Positions 13,301 through 26,214 of a stretch of 64,000 bases of DNA are shown one piece after another. The stretch spans positions 6,386,001 through 6,450,000 of the forward strand of contig NC_047025.1 in NCBI RefSeq assembly GCF_902652985.1. Direction: 5' to 3'. The notes below the pieces were generated by a model, which ran no database searches, was not told the origin of the DNA, and saw only the letters and a program-made list of their open reading frames with translations. Origin of the DNA: Pecten maximus (lineage: Eukaryota). The first letter of the stretch is position 1. Each line of letters opens with the position of its first letter. Position numbers and translations under genes: made by a program.

Positions 13301-16300
13301 CGTTAACCTTGTACTGGACCAGGACGTCCACCAATCAATGGATCGGACAAGGCGATCCACTAATCAATGGATCAGTCCATTCAGGGTAATAGGGGAGTCA
13401 GTATTAATTGAGCTACATACATATACATGTATCGTAATGAACTCAATTATCTTGTTCGTCAGTTGTCTTGCCTATTTATCAAGTCCTAACGACAATGCAC
13501 AGAAAATGATCTAAGAAATCGGATTTGTACTATATGCATAAGCAATATACTTGGTAGCTATGATGAATTGTTTCTTATAATCATCAACTCTCTCCCAAGT
13601 TTATAAATGTCCAGGCCAAATGATCCTCCATTATTATTATTATTATTATTATAAATATAGATTTATGTCATATACTAAATACATGACATTTATCTTTCCC
13701 TATCTGTCTGTACATTTGGCTCCAGCTTTGGTTTTTTATTTTTCCAAATCTTTTTTTAAGGAAAGTACATGAGTGTATTAATCTGGCATTATCTGTACGT
13801 ATGTTCTCTACTTTTTCCGTAATTTTACCCATTTTGTTTTTTGCACAGATGAAAATTCATGGCAGGTAGCAAATTTCCCAAAATGGTCAGAAAACATTGT
13901 ATCAACCCCTTACTATGGGCTATATATTGTTCAGTGAAAAGGAACATTGAAAGTTAGAGCAAATTATTTTCAACCCAGTAATCTTCATTTGGAAAATAAT
14001 TTATGTTCTTGTAACATAAACAAAATTATGGCAAAATTACAAAAATATAATGAGTGACAGAAAATATACCCTATAATGATGATATAATGAGAGAATCAAT
14101 ACCGCAGTTCTTCATAATTCCAATCAAAATCGAGAAACAACCCACTGATTAAGGGGAATCTCTAATGCGTTGCTCCACTCTCTAAATGTAAATGAGTTGC
14201 AGGAAATATATCATACACACATGCAAACTAATTTGTTTTGAAGAATGGCAGAGTGGGGATAAAAGCCACACAACTAAAGCACAAAGTCGATCAGACGTAC
14301 AGGTTGCTTCGGTGAAGGTCAAGAAAAGGACACAATAACATCAATGCTACGACTTACTGAAAACTGCGAGTCTTTTAGACAAATATTAAGATAGGTTAAA
14401 ATGTGAAAAACACAATGAAATTGAAATTTAAACTCCATTGCATTTGATAAACAAACTGCAATGCTTTTCTATTTAACTTCGGGGCATTTAAATCGACATT
14501 CGCAGGGTACACGGTTGCTTCACTGTTTATTACTGAGCATATTATATTTGACCGAAATTTTATATATGAAGACAAACCCATAGGGGATTATGAAGTTTAA
14601 CTTGATAAGGTTTTATATCTGTAAACAAAAAACATAGAGGCTTTAAAAACTTGACATTCATGTGAACTCAAACTGACCCAATAGCTGCGCGCATTTGTGC
14701 ACCTGATAAGCTTGCAATTGAGGCAATGCAAAATGTCAGCAACATGAGGATGTGGTCATACCAGGCGATAGAGGACCAAACCATATTTGACATTTTCGTT
14801 GTTAACAAAGCTGGACCTCTGTGTCGTTACGCTTATCAGATTTTCCATCTAAATATATTTGACACTAACACTAAAACCACGCAGAAAAAGACAACCTATA
14901 TATATAGAGGATATAATGTATACTTTTGTAGCATTCTCGTGTACTCGTGTACATGTGACTCACGAGTATAGGAGAAAACATGATTTCTAGAATACAGAAT
15001 GCTCTGCATCTTTCATTCACAGTAAGCATATGCAAACATTTCTATCTTTTACTGTTGCATTGTTAGTTAATTGATGATTTTAGCAGCTATAATTAACTGT
15101 TTCTGAACAATCCTATTTATAAATCAAGTGAAATGTCAATCCATTGGTTTACGATAAGCACTGATCAATATTATTTGTAAAGCATATTATAGTATAAATC
15201 ACACTCATGGTCACCTCTAAATTTAAATGCATGTTTATATACATTATAGGTCAGTGCTTTGGCTTCTCGAGTTTTTGTCCTGAAAACTGGGCAGCATATA
15301 AATATATCAAAGACCCTATGACTTAATGTTATGCAAGCCAATTATTGACTATACTGTGTCAATCATGCATAAAAAGTAGGTCAGATCTAGTGTTTGGTGT
15401 GTAATGTTTACACATGTTCAATCAAGCATGAAATGTAGGTCAGATCCAAGTTGTCTGGAGCATAAGGTTAAAATGCATTCACAAACGGTCAATCATTCAA
15501 GCCTAAAAGTTAGATCAAATCCACTAGCATTCAGAATGTAACATTAACATGTGATCAATCAAGCATAAAAAATAGGTCAGACCCAGCCTCAATTAATCCA
15601 ACTGGTTCAATCAAGCATAGAAATTAATAGTCTTTCTATGCATTATCCATGCATTTTCAGTTGAATTAATTAACAATTAATACTCCACTGAGGTCATTCA
15701 AAGCTCGCCTCAGATCCCCCTTTAACTTTATATGAGGAATAACTGTATGTCATGATGAAAGTATTGTTCAGTAGACCATTTTGTCCTGGTCTGTTAACGT
15801 TGAAGCTAATTAATATTACATGACATATTCACTTGCCAACAGTATTGACTAAACCTATGTTTTCTTATAGGAATTATACAGATCTGACGATCTCAAACTC
15901 ATGAAAACTTAATTTTTCAAGTACTGCGGATCTAGTTTCATAATATAGTTGTCTACTGGTTACAATTGCCTATATATATTAATTACGCTTCAAATCCTCA
16001 AAAGAAAAAAAAGAAAAAAAAGACCCTTCAAGCAATCAAAACTAATGACAGCAGCAGAACCATTGTAACATTTAAGATTAATTGAACTTCTGATTTTCCT
16101 GTGATAATCAAGCCATCTAATCTTGTGTCATCCTTAATTATCAGGATTATGTCCCTTTTCATCCTGACAGTATTACCGGTAAAACACACCTCGACTTTAA
16201 ACATATTTATTAACCAAAATCGGTGAAAAGGATCAGTCACAAGTTATAGCAACTTATGAAGCCATCTCCTTACTACAATTATACAGACCAACACACACCT

Positions 16301-16516
16301 CAAGCAGGGACCCTTGATAAAATGTCCCTTCTCACCCAACTGAGTCTTAGAAAGTTAATGGGTTTTAGTAAATTAGAAAACTAAGAAATGCTTTAAATGC
16401 TAATGTTATTCTGAACTAATTTGCAGACAGAATCTTCCCCTTTTTAGAAAATAGCCATGCAGATCAATATGTTTAAAACATTTCACTGATCATGACCAGT
16501 CACCATAAACATGAAT

Positions 16517-16564
16517 CTGTTACATCAAATTGTGGAGTAATTACTCCACAATTTGATGTAACAG
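16517..16564. repeat. Perfect 48-bp spacerless palindrome
   Basis: ctgttacatcaaattgtggagtaa|ttactccacaatttgatgtaacag. Confidence 0.95.
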
Positions 16565-17614
16565 TTTGTTTTTAGCTTTTCTGTTGCTTCATTGTTTTAA
16601 CACAATTGCAAAAAAAAGGTTACAATATAACTTTGTCACTCTTGCATGCCATAGGGGGTTTTACTTTTGGAGAAAACAGGAGTACCCAGAGAAAATTAAA
16701 CCCATCATGATGTTGGACCATCTGTCCCAAGGTATCCAGTTGACATTGACTTTTAGCAATTTCAGAAGTCAAATCACCTTTTCTCAGAAATATGAAGAGT
16801 CAAAACATTAAGTCAAATAGACATGCTCCTTCATACCCAGGAGTCAGATATGATTCTGGAGAGTCAAAAACATACTCTCAGGGGTCTACTGGATGTCCTG
16901 ATGACCAATACCTTTTTACCTTTTCAGGAATTGAATCCCTACCAGCTGCCTAGTTTAAGGTAAGTGTGCTGTATTACCACTGTGCCACACTTATAGAATA
17001 ATGATGTATTGTTCTACCTCTATATAGTTATCATATAGTAAGTTGTTATGTTGTATCTAGGCCTAGGTGAATGTATTAAAACCACAAGTTTTCATTGTTT
17101 TTTTTTTAAGTTTGTGTATCTATAGATAAGTAGTTAAGTACCGTTAGATTAGCTTTCACATGAAAAGTTAGCAGAAAAAATAATGTTTGCCTTAGTAGAG
17201 TATGTTACTTTCTGTATATCAAATGAAAAAGCAGCACTTCAATACCGAATACACATTGAAACTAGGGGCCGGTTGCATGTTAAATATTTATCCTGTACCC
17301 GTAGATTGCTAGCTGAACCTGTGAAACACACATTGTAGAAAAACAGACACATTGAACATCCCAAGACTGGAGTATTAAATATGTATACTATATAGCGTTC
17401 CATCATGCCCAGATGATCACGGATCAGGTGAAAAAGTATACCAGTGTAAGGCCAAGTATATGTACACAAACATAGCACGTGACAGGAAACACCTGTGTGT
17501 TGTATCGGTACGTCTGTATGGAAACAAGCGATTGTGTAATAACACCACACCAAATCATTCTATACCGTGATCATGTGGATGTTTACATTGTTTGTATTTT
17601 CATTAACGACTTAC

Positions 17615-17918
17615 CGTGAAGTGCAAATAAATGAAGGGGTAATGAATGGGGGACAGTTCGTCCCGCAAACGTAGGACCTTCCTCTGGTGAGCTAGAATCG
17701 GAGTCGGGAGAGCCAGCTCCCCGCGTGTTTCCGTTAGAATTGGGTATTGTCATTGTCCCTGGACCCGGCCCGAAACTCCCCAGACTCCGGGCCCTCAAAC
17801 GTGCACTTGCAGAAGAGGTTGCACCTAATGTCATTTCTGCACCTGTACCACTTGTGCCTGGTGCACTTCCCGAGAATGTCCGCACGCGGGGCGCACTCGT
17901 GCTCTGTTTTCCGCCCAT
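17615..17918 (-). CDS. ZNRF2: E3 ubiquitin ligase ZNRF1/ZNRF2-like, first coding exon (101 codons + 1 nt)
   Basis: MGGKQST N-myristoylation start, RVRTFS and RARSL basophilic kinase motifs, and C-terminal HSLPLHLFALH-G followed by a phase-1 donor G|GTAAGT. This matches the ZNRF exon-1 boundary just before the zinc finger. Downstream exons were not found. Confidence 0.85.
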
Positions 17919-18029
17919 TGTCACTACTAAGGATACTTTATGAGTTTATCCTTAGGTCTCCATAATGATCGTATACGGTTCTCCATGTATTTATCAAGAA
18001 ACCACCTTTGAATGAAGGTTTAGCCATTG

Positions 18030-18900
18030 TGAACATTGCCCTCCGCCATGTTAGTCTTCCTTGTTTTGCGTCATGGCACCAACACAAATCGTGACGTATT
18101 CATCATGTGATTAACACAATAACATTAACAGGCCAAACTAAGCAATAAACAATGAAAACCTTTTCGTTGCTGAAAAAAATGGCAAAAATACGACACTGTC
18201 TTGTCTAATCTTTCCTACGAATTTATTTTAAGAATGATATCAAAATGCTTTTAAATAGCTTTGGAAGGTTTGAATAACTAATTTTTGCCAAAAACTTTAC
18301 ATAAATAACATAACAGCGCATATAATTTATATATTATTCCAGTAGAGACTCTCACCAAAGACGTCTCTGACTGTAACTGCTACAGTACAGTACTCACTGG
18401 GATCTTTGATCTTTTTTTTGATAGAATGACATATTTTTTTATGTCAATTTTACATCAATTTTACAAGGAATACGACTTATGGATATAGAGACCGATGGCC
18501 TGTACCACATATTGTTGGTTGTGATAAAAGTTTTAATTCGATATGTCTAGAAACTAATAAGTTAGATCTAACTCTGAAATTTCGTGGATATTGAATATTC
18601 TATTCGCGAGATGAGTATACCAAGTTCGTTTTCTTGTGTATTACACCAGAGACTTGTATATCTTACTAACACAGTTTATGACACTTTGGGCCTATCTGGT
18701 CAGAGTTATCGTTCCTATGCGCAACATAACTAACTGAGATTGAGCATCCAATTTTATCGACTGGTTGGGATGTCTGTATGTCACGTGATCTAAAAATGTC
18801 GGGTTCTGTTGACAACTTGACGCACAGCTGACTGCAAAGAAATAGTTGCCTTGCATATTTTCATCATAAAAAGTGATCATCCACTTGGTCACGTGATTAA
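18030..18900. promoter_or_regulatory. Putative bidirectional promoter between ZNRF and SLC38A7
   Basis: Start codons are ~1 kb apart and divergent. GTCACGTGAT at 18780-18789 and 18888-18897 (CLEAR/E-box), TCATGTGA at 18103-18110 (M-box-like), CCGCCATGTT at 18043-18052 (YY1-like). Confidence 0.65.
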
Positions 18901-18911
18901 CATATACCAAA

Positions 18912-19020
18912 ATGATGAAATCAGTTCAGAATCCGGATTATGTAAGAAGCGGTGAATATGAAGGGGAGGATGTCGGGCTGCTATCTGGAGAACAGACAGG
19001 CACAACGAGGGCACCTGGGG
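18912..19020 (+). CDS. SLC38A7: SLC38A7-like transporter, coding exon 1
   Basis: MMKSVQNPDY...EGEDVGLL...RAPG, with a phase-1 donor G|GTATGT compatible with exon 2. Contains the acidic dileucine motif EDVGLL. Confidence 0.8.
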
Positions 19021-19790
19021 GTATGTGTGGGTTCTGTGCTACAAAGACAAATTGTGGGGGAGCAATTGCGGTACCTAGATATACATGTTTATGTATCCGC
19101 CATCAATTTGAATATTGGGTGACAGCATACTGATACATCTTAGCACCGTTACATCAGAGACATATAGATATTTCTGACTTATTTTTATGATAAAAGACTT
19201 TATACCTGCTAGTAGATATGTCCTTGTGGCTATTAAAGTGGTTGAAGTATATATATTTGATAATAATTTTCATTGATTGCACATTGTACAAAGGCTGATA
19301 TAATGATAGTTCAAAATTACAACTAAAAGTTGTGAACAGGCAATATGGTTCCATAAAGCCACCAACATGTTTACGATATCATTGATTGTTTAATTTACAC
19401 AACATTATTCCAGAGACTTGTATACTAAATATAGGTCTCTGATTATTCTAAGACTTTTTTAACCAATTTTTCTCTTGTCCAAACAGTGCTAGGTATTTTG
19501 ACAATTACAATTACTTTATAATGTCAGACAATATTACCTGGATACACAAGAATATAATTATGGAAATTAAGAACAACAGCAGTATGGAAGAATTTGCCTG
19601 AAAACACAGTAACTGCAAACACCTTAACAGCTTCAAAAAACGGACTGGATGACTACTAGCTGGAATGAACAGGAAGTAAATATAAAGGAAGAACAACTAC
19701 AAAGAAACTGTGACCACATCCTCAAGTGGAATATACAACTATAATAATAACACTTAAGGAACCTGAGCTGGAAAAATAAATATCATGCTA

Positions 19791-19881
19791 TTAACTCATT
19801 TACCCCTGAACTCTCCTAATGAACTGTACCTACCTAAGAATTGGAAGAAGTTAAATGTGTCTTTAGGGGTGAATGAGCTAA
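19791..19881. mobile_element. Tiny TTAA-flanked (piggyBac-like) MITE
   Basis: ttaa|ctcatttacccctgaa ... tttaggggtgaatgag|ctaa inverted termini. Confidence 0.55.
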
Positions 19882-21022
19882 GTATGTCTGGTCCACCTCA
19901 GACTGTCAGTTCATGGATGGGTGACCATGCTCCTTAAGCTTTGTACCCCTGCAGGTGAACGTTACATTTGGTGTTAGAGGCCAGGCCTGGCATCCTGTAG
20001 GGCACCACCAGACAGGGGAAGCACAACATTCCTTGAGACATGATGGTGACCAAATGGGTCTAATCATGAGGTAATATAGCTATACACTGTTGTAGCGGAA
20101 ATCATTTGACAAAATTTTGATTACTTTAAACTCAAAAAGTGTTAAATGCTTTTCTGCTACAACAGCTAGCAGCTACGTAGTCATGAGGCAGCACTAGCTG
20201 TCATGACAACAAGATGAACAGATATCAGCGTGTATATATGGTGAGGATGTGCGAACCTCATCAGTAAAGGGTTGACCGTTCGTGGATGTGAAGTGCGATA
20301 TGACTGCTCTGTTGTACCCAGTGGTTCATATTTCATGTTTTCCTGTCGAAATCTTATAAGGGTTTTGGAGTGAGAGAAATTTTAACTATTGCATTGGAAT
20401 TAGGGTATTGGTAAATTTAATTCAAATAATTTTTTCCGACTCTCAATCGTCTATTTACGGAAAATTTTATAACTGATCTGAGTGGAAGGGTTGAGATTGT
20501 CAGAACCTTTTGGCCTACAGTTTGGGTTGCTGAACAGCTTTCTTATAAAGTCTGATTATGAGTTCCCTCAGGCTCAAACACTAGAAATTTAACATTTAGA
20601 CGTACAGATGCAAAATAAAAGACGTCTATTTGTCAGACAAAATGCATGCCTTTGTCTGATGTTATCTTTTAAGGCCAGATGCAGCTCTAGATCTGGCTAC
20701 AAATTTAAAGAATATATACAGGTGTTCTGCTGGAACTGTAGTTTTGCATCTATTCATGATCATGTTCTAAGTTCCCTGGTAAGTATATATATGTACTCTT
20801 CGGAATACTTTCACGTGCGGGGGAATTCAAAATATCTCTGCCGTTGGTCGCATAGCGTTCTAGTGTTTGAACATGATGCAGTCACGCTAGTATCCGCCTT
20901 CGGCCCACGTTTGCCGAAGGGTTCATTGTGGTTTCCTCAGTTACTAAAACATTATTCTTATTGTATTTTATTGTATTTCCAGTACTTCTTATATATATTA
21001 TGTGATTGTATTTGTGATTTTT

Positions 21023-21065
21023 TGTGTTTTGATAAAGGGGCGGATTGCCTCGAAAATTTAACAAA
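21023..21065 (+). ncRNA. Minimal type I hammerhead ribozyme-like motif (U3-A8 variant), probably Penelope-derived
   Basis: tgtgtt-TTGATAA(A)-ggggc ggatt gcctc-GAA-AATT-T-aacaaa: 5-bp stem II, palindromic 4-nt stem III, 5/6-paired stem I. Confidence 0.5.
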
Positions 21066-21125
21066 CCTTATTGTTTACACTGTTTGAATTACTTCTTTGC
21101 CCCATATATGTATATATATATATAT

Positions 21126-21250
21126 ACATGGTTGATTTTTATATCTCCAAACAACAGTCAATATTTTATTGAAACTTGGATATGATATATATATATCCAA
21201 GTTTCAATAAAATATTGACTGTTGATTGGAGATTCAAAAATCAACCATGT
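21126..21250. repeat. Long near-perfect palindrome (foldback) with (TA)n centre
   Basis: acatggttgattttt..tctccaa.caacagtcaatattttattgaaacttggatat / atatccaagtttcaataaaatattgactgttg.ttggaga..aaaaatcaaccatgt. Confidence 0.85.
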
Positions 21251-22213
21251 TCCATGTGTAAGTATAGAGCTTTATTTATCCAAAAATAACAATACATCAT
21301 ATTCTTTATCTACCAAATTCTTTAATCTTTATTTAATTTAGACCAATCATCATCATGATGCCTTCATTACTACTTCTTTTGTAACGTTATGACGTCATCA
21401 AGTTGTCCATTGTTTATAGTCACATGACCTCTGTTGTTATTCAGCTTCAAAATGTAACAGTCACACTGATAAATTGTGCCCTGATGATCATGATGGCCTG
21501 CCTAGAAACCACAGCAATATTTTCCCAATGAAAAAGGCAGTGACAGGCCCTTGTATGATAAAGTTAAGAAAATCACTAATTTTTGCTAAATGCTGCAGCT
21601 GCCAGTCGACACATTCAAATCCTCCCTGTTCAGAACTACCTTTGTGTAGTATTTATATTAACAGGTTTAATTTAATGTCCGCTATTTAACAACCTTTCAG
21701 CTTTCTAATGGATGAGATAACTGTATAACATGCTGACAATCTGATAGTCCAACTTGGACCATACTATGCCCTTTGACCTAGATAATGATGCATTGTATAC
21801 ATGATTTATATAATTTAACCTTATGGTAATCATATATATAATGGGTTATAGGATGGGATTTGTGATTAAGTAGACGTGTTTATAGATAGATATAAGTACA
21901 CAATATATCAGAACCCTTAGTTTGATTTAAACAAGTTTGGTTGATGTTAATTGATTATGAGCCATACTATATCATATCACACTTAAATACAGCAACTTCA
22001 ATTGCTCAAGTGAGAACATACGTGTACGGAACACATGTGGCTTGACAAAGATAAATCCCTGTGATTCCTAATAAATAGATATACAATTTCAAGTATATAT
22101 ATATAATTTTGAACATGTCAATGCAAGAAAGATGATACACATTACTTTAAAATGGGTCTCATTATATGACATTATATGCTTCAAGAAGCTTCAAGTACAC
22201 CAGCTATATATAT

Positions 22214-22468
22214 ATACTCAAACCTGTTATAAGGGACACCTCTATATAAAGGACACTTGTCTATAAAAGACAGACTCGTCAGACCCACTCCTTCCAATTT
22301 ACTATATAATTAACCTCTGTATAAAGGACACCTGTCTATAAAGGACAGACTCGTCAGACCCACTCCTTCCAATTTACTATATAATTAACCTCTGTATAAA
22401 GGACACCCGCCTATAAAGGACACCTTTTATCTGTCCCTCGGGTGTCCTTTATAGACAGGTTTGACTGT
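22214..22468. mobile_element. Tc1/mariner-type MITE with internal ~69-bp duplication
   Basis: Termini tcaaacctg... / ...gtgtcctttatagacaggtttgactg|ta with repeated tataaaggacac subterminal motifs. Confidence 0.7.
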
Positions 22469-23071
22469 ATAGGCTGTGAATCAAACCCTCCGATCTTTCC
22501 TGACATGCTGTACGTACCTGTTAGTAAATATATATATATATAGTCAGATCAATTTTTGTATAAGAAACATTTTTTTTAATGATATATTTGTCTCAGTGTT
22601 TTGATAAAAAATTAGTGAACTATCTGTTATAATGCAAGTACTTTATGATCTCTAGGTCATGTTGACCTGAGACAAAGTCTTAACTGACCTATATATTCTA
22701 ATCGTCTTTTGCCGGTCTTTGTGTGTCATCTGTAAACAATTTACATTTTCAACTTCTTCTCAGAAGCCCCTGAACTAATTTCAATGAAATTTTATAGTTC
22801 TATTGAACCTTCCATGGCCAAAATTCAACCAAAATTGGGAATTATACTGTATTTATATTATATCATAGTTAAAGAGATACATATGTTTAATCTTTCCAAC
22901 CAGTGTTGACACGAAGAAATTGACCTAGTAATAATTGAGGAAGTTGTATGACATATAACAACTTAAAAAAGTAGGTAGATAAGGCTAGGTAAAGATATTT
23001 GCCAGTCTGTTGAAATGTGAATTCAGTCTCTAGTGATGGGCCTAGTCTCATTTTGTTCATTTCTTTTGTAG

Positions 23072-23193
23072 GATCAACATGGTATGCCTCGGTGTTTCTG
23101 GTGGTAAATGCAGCCCTGGGCGCTGGTTTGCTCAATTTCCCCGATGCCTATCACAAAGCAGGAGGCGTAATGGTGGCGGTGATCATACAGGCG
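23072..23193 (+). CDS. SLC38A7: SLC38A7-like exon 2
   Basis: ag|GATCA...; STWYASVFLVVNAALGAGLLNFPDAYHKAGG (SLC38 TM1 signature); donor GCG|GTGAGT. Confidence 0.95.
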
Positions 23194-23234
23194 GTGAGTC
23201 TGATCCCATGCAGTACCCAGACAAAACAATGACT

Positions 23235-23600
23235 ATGGTTGACCATGATCCCTATGGTATTTGATGGTCAACCATGAACTATTATGGTTGACCATCAAAT
23301 ACTGTGGATGGGACCATGGTTGACCACCATCAACCATGGTTTTGACCATGGTCATATATGAAGCATCATTTTAACCATGGTCAAAACCTGACAAGACCAT
23401 GGTTTTGACCATGGTCATACATGAAGCATCATTTTAACCATGGTCAAAACCTGACAAGACCATGGTCAGCCATGGTCATACATGAAGCATCCTTTTAATC
23501 ATGGTCAAAAACCTGGCAAGACCATGGTTGTGATCATGGTTCAGCCATGTTACTGTGAAAAATTGAAACAGGTCCATATTTAACCATGGCCAAAACCAGG
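23235..23600. repeat. CCATGG-rich inverted and ~61-bp tandem repeats (probable MITE remnant)
   Basis: About 3 copies of ccatggttttgaccatggtcata(t/c)atgaagcatcattttaaccatggtcaaaacctgacaaga plus a local hairpin. Confidence 0.75.
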
Positions 23601-24289
23601 CGGGGCCACATTGTCGACAATGCCGAAATTGGTCAATACAATTATTCTTGTGAATTAAGTCTGAGATTGAAATTTAAAAATCATAGTGTATTTTTAAACA
23701 CATTCATACATTAATTTATTTTGTATCGCATCAATAAAGCAGATAGAATATATCAGATTTAATTAGATAATTGTTCTGCAACTTTTCTGATTTCCAATTC
23801 AAATTAATTTCCAAATAGTCTCACTCTGATCATGACCTGCTGTAAAAATATCTACTTTAATTACCCATCAACCAGAAAATATGGATTCAAATACAAATGG
23901 TGATATGATTTTACAAAATTAAAAAAATATATATGATTTTTGAAATATATGTATTTATACCTTGTGTGTATATTGCAACTAAATACTTGAAAAATAGATA
24001 CACAGTAACAATGTTGTAATGTTCGGAACTTTAATTGACAGTACTTATGTAAAAAGTAGAGAGTATCTTATGTGTCTAATACATGTACATGTAGCTCAGG
24101 CTAGCAGAAATTTCCCTTTAGCCTGATATTATTAGTGGAAGGATGTCCATTTATAGCGAGAGGTCATTGATTTGAGCCAAAACACGAACAGTGTATCTTT
24201 AATTACTCCTTCCTATTACACAGGTTTTCACGGAACAAATATTCACTCATTTTTGCATTTCCATAACTTTGACACTTTGAATGTTACAG

Positions 24290-24488
24290 GTATTTTTGGT
24301 GTTTGTGGTAGTAGCTCTGATGATCTTGGCCTACTGTTCCGACATCAACATGACGTGTAACTATCAGGACGTTGTACTGTCGGTGTGTGGTAAAAACGCC
24401 CAGCGTTTCTGCGCCTTCACCATAATGACGTATTGTTTTGGAACCTGTATTACATTCCTCATCATTATAGGCGACCAATGGGAAGAAG
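24290..24488 (+). CDS. SLC38A7: SLC38A7-like exon 3
   Basis: VFLVFVVVALMILAYCSD...YQDVV...YCFGTCITFLIIIGDQWEE; AG/GT boundaries, phase 0 to 1. Confidence 0.95.
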
Positions 24489-25432
24489 GTAAAGTTGAAT
24501 TGTCGCCATGGTTACGTTAAAGAGATTTTAATTCAAGAGGGATTTCTCTTGATTTGTCTGTCCTTTCATATATTCATTTAAAGACTTCCTCTCTGGAACT
24601 ATTGCAGTAAAGCTCATCAATCTCCAAATACCTGGCGTTACCTCTTAAGGATAATTGTGTGCATGTAACTTTTGTCATAGACTGGTGTATAAATAATTTA
24701 GATATCTTCTCCTCTAATGCCAACCGGCTTATAGCAACCAAACTTTCTTTGATGCCACGCAATGATCAAGTTCCCCGTTGAATTATCTTGGGGCGGAAAA
24801 AGAAATATACAATAATAACAGTATTTATAGCTCTTACATAATGACAAAGGTGTGTACAGAAAAAGTTTAGGTATCATATATATATTCCATTTATACAGTC
24901 CAATCACTTATTCACACCAAGTTTATAATACTTTGACACAAAATACTTAATTTGCTACATCATTAATTCTACCGCTTCAAACAATCTAAGTTAAACATGG
25001 AGGCCTTGGTTGTTAAATATACAGAACGTGTGAACAAAACGGAACAATTATGAAGCAAGAAATAAATAGCATTTTGTTTGTTTTGCTTTACATTAAATTT
25101 TTGTATTGATATAATCACTGGACCATCATTTTCAATCCAAGCTTTTACAGGATTTAAGCCTTGAAATGTAAATAATTGTGATTTTGTGTTTTTTTATTAT
25201 TACTTAATATGTCAATTTAATGATAAGATTCATGAAAAAGAGGTAATAACATGGCACCGTTGAATGTTAAAATGTAATTTTGATGTTTAATTTGACAAAA
25301 TTCGCAAAAAAAAATTAACATGGGAAGTTACAAGGTGCAGATCATTAGATTCTCACAATATAATCCTCAGGCATTGCTTGTAAAAATATCTAAATATCAT
25401 AATTATGTTAATAAATATTGGTGTTTCTGTAG

Positions 25433-25574
25433 TGTTCCTGGTTACGGTGAGGCACATTTACTGCGATGAACACCCCTGGTATATGGACAGGATTTCTACC
25501 ATCTGTATATCCTCGGCGATTCTCATCCTTCCTCTCTGCTTTCCTCGAAGGATTGACTTCCTAAAATATCCTAG
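25433..25574 (+). CDS. SLC38A7: SLC38A7-like exon 4
   Basis: Hand-translated FLVTVRHIYCDEHPWYMDRISTICISSAILILPLCFPRRIDFLKYPS; phase 1 to 2. Confidence 0.92.
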
Positions 25575-26214
25575 GTATGTATAGGGGATATTCAACGTCA
25601 CGAAAGTTGGTCGATACTCGTGGATCCTATCAGCAGGTGCTGTAAACATATGAGCCATAAGTATATATTGATCGGTAGAAACCCTGAAAATGCGAAAACC
25701 ACCCGGCTGAAAAAATAAGCCTATTCTGAAAATAAGCCTGTAGTTCCTAACAAGCAAAAGTGACATGAAAATTATAAAGCATTTCTAGAATATATATAAA
25801 GTACAGATTTTTATAGTATCTAGTAGTATTCAGAAAGTCTGATTTGAGAAAAACAATATGTGCTGTTAATTAACATTCCTTCACATTTATTTCTATTCCA
25901 TTGCTCAAAATTATGTGGATGACATCTCATTGGCAATTGAATCCTCATGGGCCGTAGAATTTAGAGCAAATGTTGGCATCATTTGAAAATAAGCCTTCCT
26001 AAAAATAAGCTTGTATTTAATTTGCTTATACTGTTAAAGAAATTAAGCCACATCTGATTTTCAAGTTTTTAGGGTATTGTAAGTAAGATATTAGTTAGTA
26101 TTCTATGATTTCAAACATTTATAATATAATGCAGTCAGTAAAATTATGTACATTTAATGCAAATATCATTGATTTAGGAAAAGGCTACATTAGCAAACTA
26201 CTTATAAGTTAATA

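Noticed and set aside
14470-14500. Minus-strand FKCP resembling the ZNRF zinc finger
   Set aside because: No splice acceptor, no CxxC, and a stop follows shortly.
17725-17965. Plus-strand ORFs overlapping ZNRF exon 1
   Set aside because: Antisense shadows of a GC-rich coding exon.
20608-21087. 159-aa ORF in SLC38A7 intron 1
   Set aside because: No recognisable domain; Cys/Phe/Tyr-rich composition typical of translated AT-rich repeat DNA.
21476-21520. ctgatga...gaaac hammerhead-like spacing
   Set aside because: No credible stem II or stem III pairing.
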